64,000 bases of DNA. It comes from Gammaproteobacteria bacterium. GTDB taxonomy: Bacteria; Pseudomonadota; Gammaproteobacteria; Eutrophobiales; Eutrophobiaceae. The translations under genes and the position numbers were made by a program. The DNA is taken from positions 1 to 64,000 of the forward strand of contig CAXMWX010000003.1 in assembly GCA_963422205.2 (NCBI GenBank). The letters run 5' to 3'. The first letter of the stretch is position 1, and each line of letters begins with the position of its first letter. Positions 61,847 to 64,000 of the stretch are shown in pieces. A model generated the notes under the pieces. It saw only the letters and a list, made by a program, of their open reading frames with translations, had not been told where the DNA came from and made no database searches.

Positions 61847-62004
61847 CAGATAAGGCGTGTTACTTGCATGATCCGACTAGGGATTGTGCAGACTCATACG
61901 GCATTATGCAAGCGGGATGTTAAGTAAAAACGTATTTTATCGGGCTGTACAGATCGCCATTCCTGGCCTAGTCTTACAGGCATACGCCAGCTGGAGATGC
62001 CCCT

Positions 62005-62592
62005 ATGCAACATGAAATCAAAACCATTCCGCTTATCCACACCCCGGCCGCTCTGCCTTGTGTGGCCTCTGCCCTGCAAGACCAACAGGTGACCGAAGAC
62101 CACCCGGCGGTTGCGGTCATGACAGACTTTGAACAGGTAAAACCCATCACTGTAGAGCCAGCATGTCATATTAATGTGGCGCTGGAGAGAATGAAAAACT
62201 GCGGCGTGCGGCTGCTGCTGGTGGCCGATGAGCAGGGCGGCATTAATGGCGTGATTACCTCCTATGATATCCAGAGCGAGAAACCGATCAACTATGCCCG
62301 GGAAAACGACATCAGCCATACTGCTATCCGGGTGTCGATGATCATGACGCCGCTGCATGAAACGCCTGCCTTTGACCTCGCCTTTGTCAAACAGTCGCTG
62401 GTGCGCCATGTCATCAACACCATGAAACAGCTCAGGCGACCGCATACCCTGGTGATTGACACAAGTGAGGAGCAGCAGCGCATCAGGGGCCTGTTCTCAA
62501 CCTCGCAGATCTCAAAAATACTGGGGCGCTCGATCTACCAGCCACTACGCAGCGCAGATTCCTTCGCCGAACTCCAGCAGGAGATAGAATAG
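62005..62592 (+). CDS. CBS-domain protein
   Basis: 'PAVAVMTDF', 'GVRLLLVAD', 'IRGLFSTSQI'. Confidence 0.85.
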   Translation: MQHEIKTIPLIHTPAALPCVASALQDQQVTEDHPAVAVMTDFEQVKPITVEPACHINVALERMKNCGVRLLLVADEQGGINGVITSYDIQSEKPINYARENDISHTAIRVSMIMTPLHETPAFDLAFVKQSLVRHVINTMKQLRRPHTLVIDTSEEQQRIRGLFSTSQISKILGRSIYQPLRSADSFAELQQEIE

Positions 62593-62830
62593 CACCCGCC
62601 AACCACGGCATACTGAAGCGACATTGCCTGGTGCTGCCCGGCTGCACCCTCATGAATCCCGACAGGCCAGAGTCCTGCAACAAAGGATCACCGGCTGGCT
62701 TGTATTAATGTGTGCAGGACAGTACCATAACGCCCCGCATGTCCGGCAGCATGGCCGATTGCAAAGTAAAGATATAGCTCAAACACGTAAAGTCATTACG
62801 CTGTCATTGTCTTAATCGCACAGGTAGAAG

Positions 62831-63718
62831 ATGTTGCAAGGTTCTCTGGTGGCTGTCATCACTCCCATGAAATCCGGCATTCAGCCCGATACGCCGCTGG
62901 ATTGGAATACCCTGGCGCATCTGGTTGAGTTTCATATCGAACAGGGCACGGCGGGGATCATCGCCGTCGGCACCACCGGGGAGTCGGCCACCTTAACGCT
63001 GCCTGAGCATTGCGAGGTCGTCAGGCAGGTGGTGGCTATGGTGGATAAGCGTATCCCGGTGATCGCCGGCACGGGTGCCAACTCCACGCTCGAGGCATTG
63101 GAACTGACGCAATGCGCCAGCGATGCCGGGGCCGATGCCTGCCTGCTGGTGACGCCATACTACAACAAGCCTACCCAGGAGGGCCTGTATCAGCATTTCA
63201 AAATGATCGCTGAACGTGTTGCTATCCCGCAGATTTTATATAATGTGCCGGGCAGAACGGCGTGTGATATGCTGCCTGAGACCATCATCAGGCTATCGAA
63301 GCTGGATAATATTATCGGCATTAAAGAAGCCACGGGGGATCTGGCACGTCTGCAACCCTTGCTGGCCGGTTGTCGGCCGGGTTTTTTATTACTCAGCGGC
63401 GATGATGAGACAGCGTGTGAATTTATGTTAGCCGGTGGTCACGGGGTCATCTCGGTCACGGCCAATGTCGCCCCGGCAGCCATGCAGCAGATGTGCATGC
63501 ACGCAGTTGCTGGCGAGCGTGAACAGGCAAAGCAGATGGATGCGGGTTTATCCGGCCTGCATCAGCAGTTATTTATTGAGGCAAATCCGATCCCGGCGAA
63601 ATGGGCGGTACACAGGCTGGGGTTGATTGAAGCAGGTATGCGCCTGCCCATGACCTGGCTGGCAGAGCAATATCATGCCGATGTTGAGGCTGCCATGAAA
63701 CAAGCAGAGGTTATCTAA
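62831..63718 (+). CDS. dapA: 4-hydroxy-tetrahydrodipicolinate synthase
   Basis: 'GTTGES', 'PYYNKP', 'YNVPGRT', 'GIKEA'. Confidence 0.97.
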   Translation: MLQGSLVAVITPMKSGIQPDTPLDWNTLAHLVEFHIEQGTAGIIAVGTTGESATLTLPEHCEVVRQVVAMVDKRIPVIAGTGANSTLEALELTQCASDAGADACLLVTPYYNKPTQEGLYQHFKMIAERVAIPQILYNVPGRTACDMLPETIIRLSKLDNIIGIKEATGDLARLQPLLAGCRPGFLLLSGDDETACEFMLAGGHGVISVTANVAPAAMQQMCMHAVAGEREQAKQMDAGLSGLHQQLFIEANPIPAKWAVHRLGLIEAGMRLPMTWLAEQYHADVEAAMKQAEVI

Positions 63719-63721
63719 GCA

Positions 63722-64000
63722 ATGAAAATACTCTCCCCCCGTGTAATGGCTACTGTGCTGTGTGTCTGTTTATTGCAGGGCTGTACCTTTATCCCGAAAC
63801 TCGACAAGGTGCTGCCTGACAGGCGCAAAGACTATGAAAAAAGCGAAGCCTTGCCCAACCTGGAACTCCCGCCTGATCTCACCAGCGAGGCGTTTAACGA
63901 TGACATGTCAATCCCCAATGAGCGCGCAACGACCTTGTCCCGTTACAAGAATGCACCAGTTGCTGGCCGGGCCGAGACCGGCATCACTGAAGATGAGGAG
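63722..64000 (+). CDS. bamC: Outer-membrane assembly lipoprotein BamC (3' partial)
   Basis: Lipobox LQGC, 'DY.KS..LP.LELPPDL'; directly after dapA. Confidence 0.85.
   Translation, partial: MKILSPRVMATVLCVCLLQGCTFIPKLDKVLPDRRKDYEKSEALPNLELPPDLTSEAFNDDMSIPNERATTLSRYKNAPVAGRAETGITEDEE

Overview
Gammaproteobacterial chromosomal window. 1-4149 is the right end of a prophage: P2-like tail genes (tape measure, GpU, GpX, GpD), a structured leader, a Dam-family methylase interrupted by two 48/49-nt hairpin insertions, and a Mu/Tn7-like transposon end (three 14-bp repeats plus terminal CA) inserted into the 5' end of an SDR gene. Next come an acyl-CoA ligase and a phenylacetate cluster (paaABCDE-paaX, PaaX operator, yjcH-actP, paaI). 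The cluster is split by a regulator/methylase/PLD-nuclease R-M module that has the boundaries of an integron gene cassette (attC present, no integrase in the window). The middle holds xth, an SH3 protein, prlC, a Fur-boxed iron region (bfr, OMP, bfd, orphan, Fe3+ ABC transporter), a decayed AAA-DUF4143 gene, hemA-prfA-prmC-moeB, a GT25 gene behind a C16 tract, TPR-lolB-ispE-tRNA-Gln-prs-rplY-pth-ychF, and ppk2. The trp operon is interrupted by an MboII-like Type IIS R-M system (nuclease frameshifted) and a VspI-like methylase. The window ends with rpe, qmcA/nfeD, queG, perM, bcp, gcvR, a CBS protein, dapA and partial bamC. All family calls are from motif recognition and recalled homologs; no searches were run. 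Several 1-nt frameshifts may be assembly errors.
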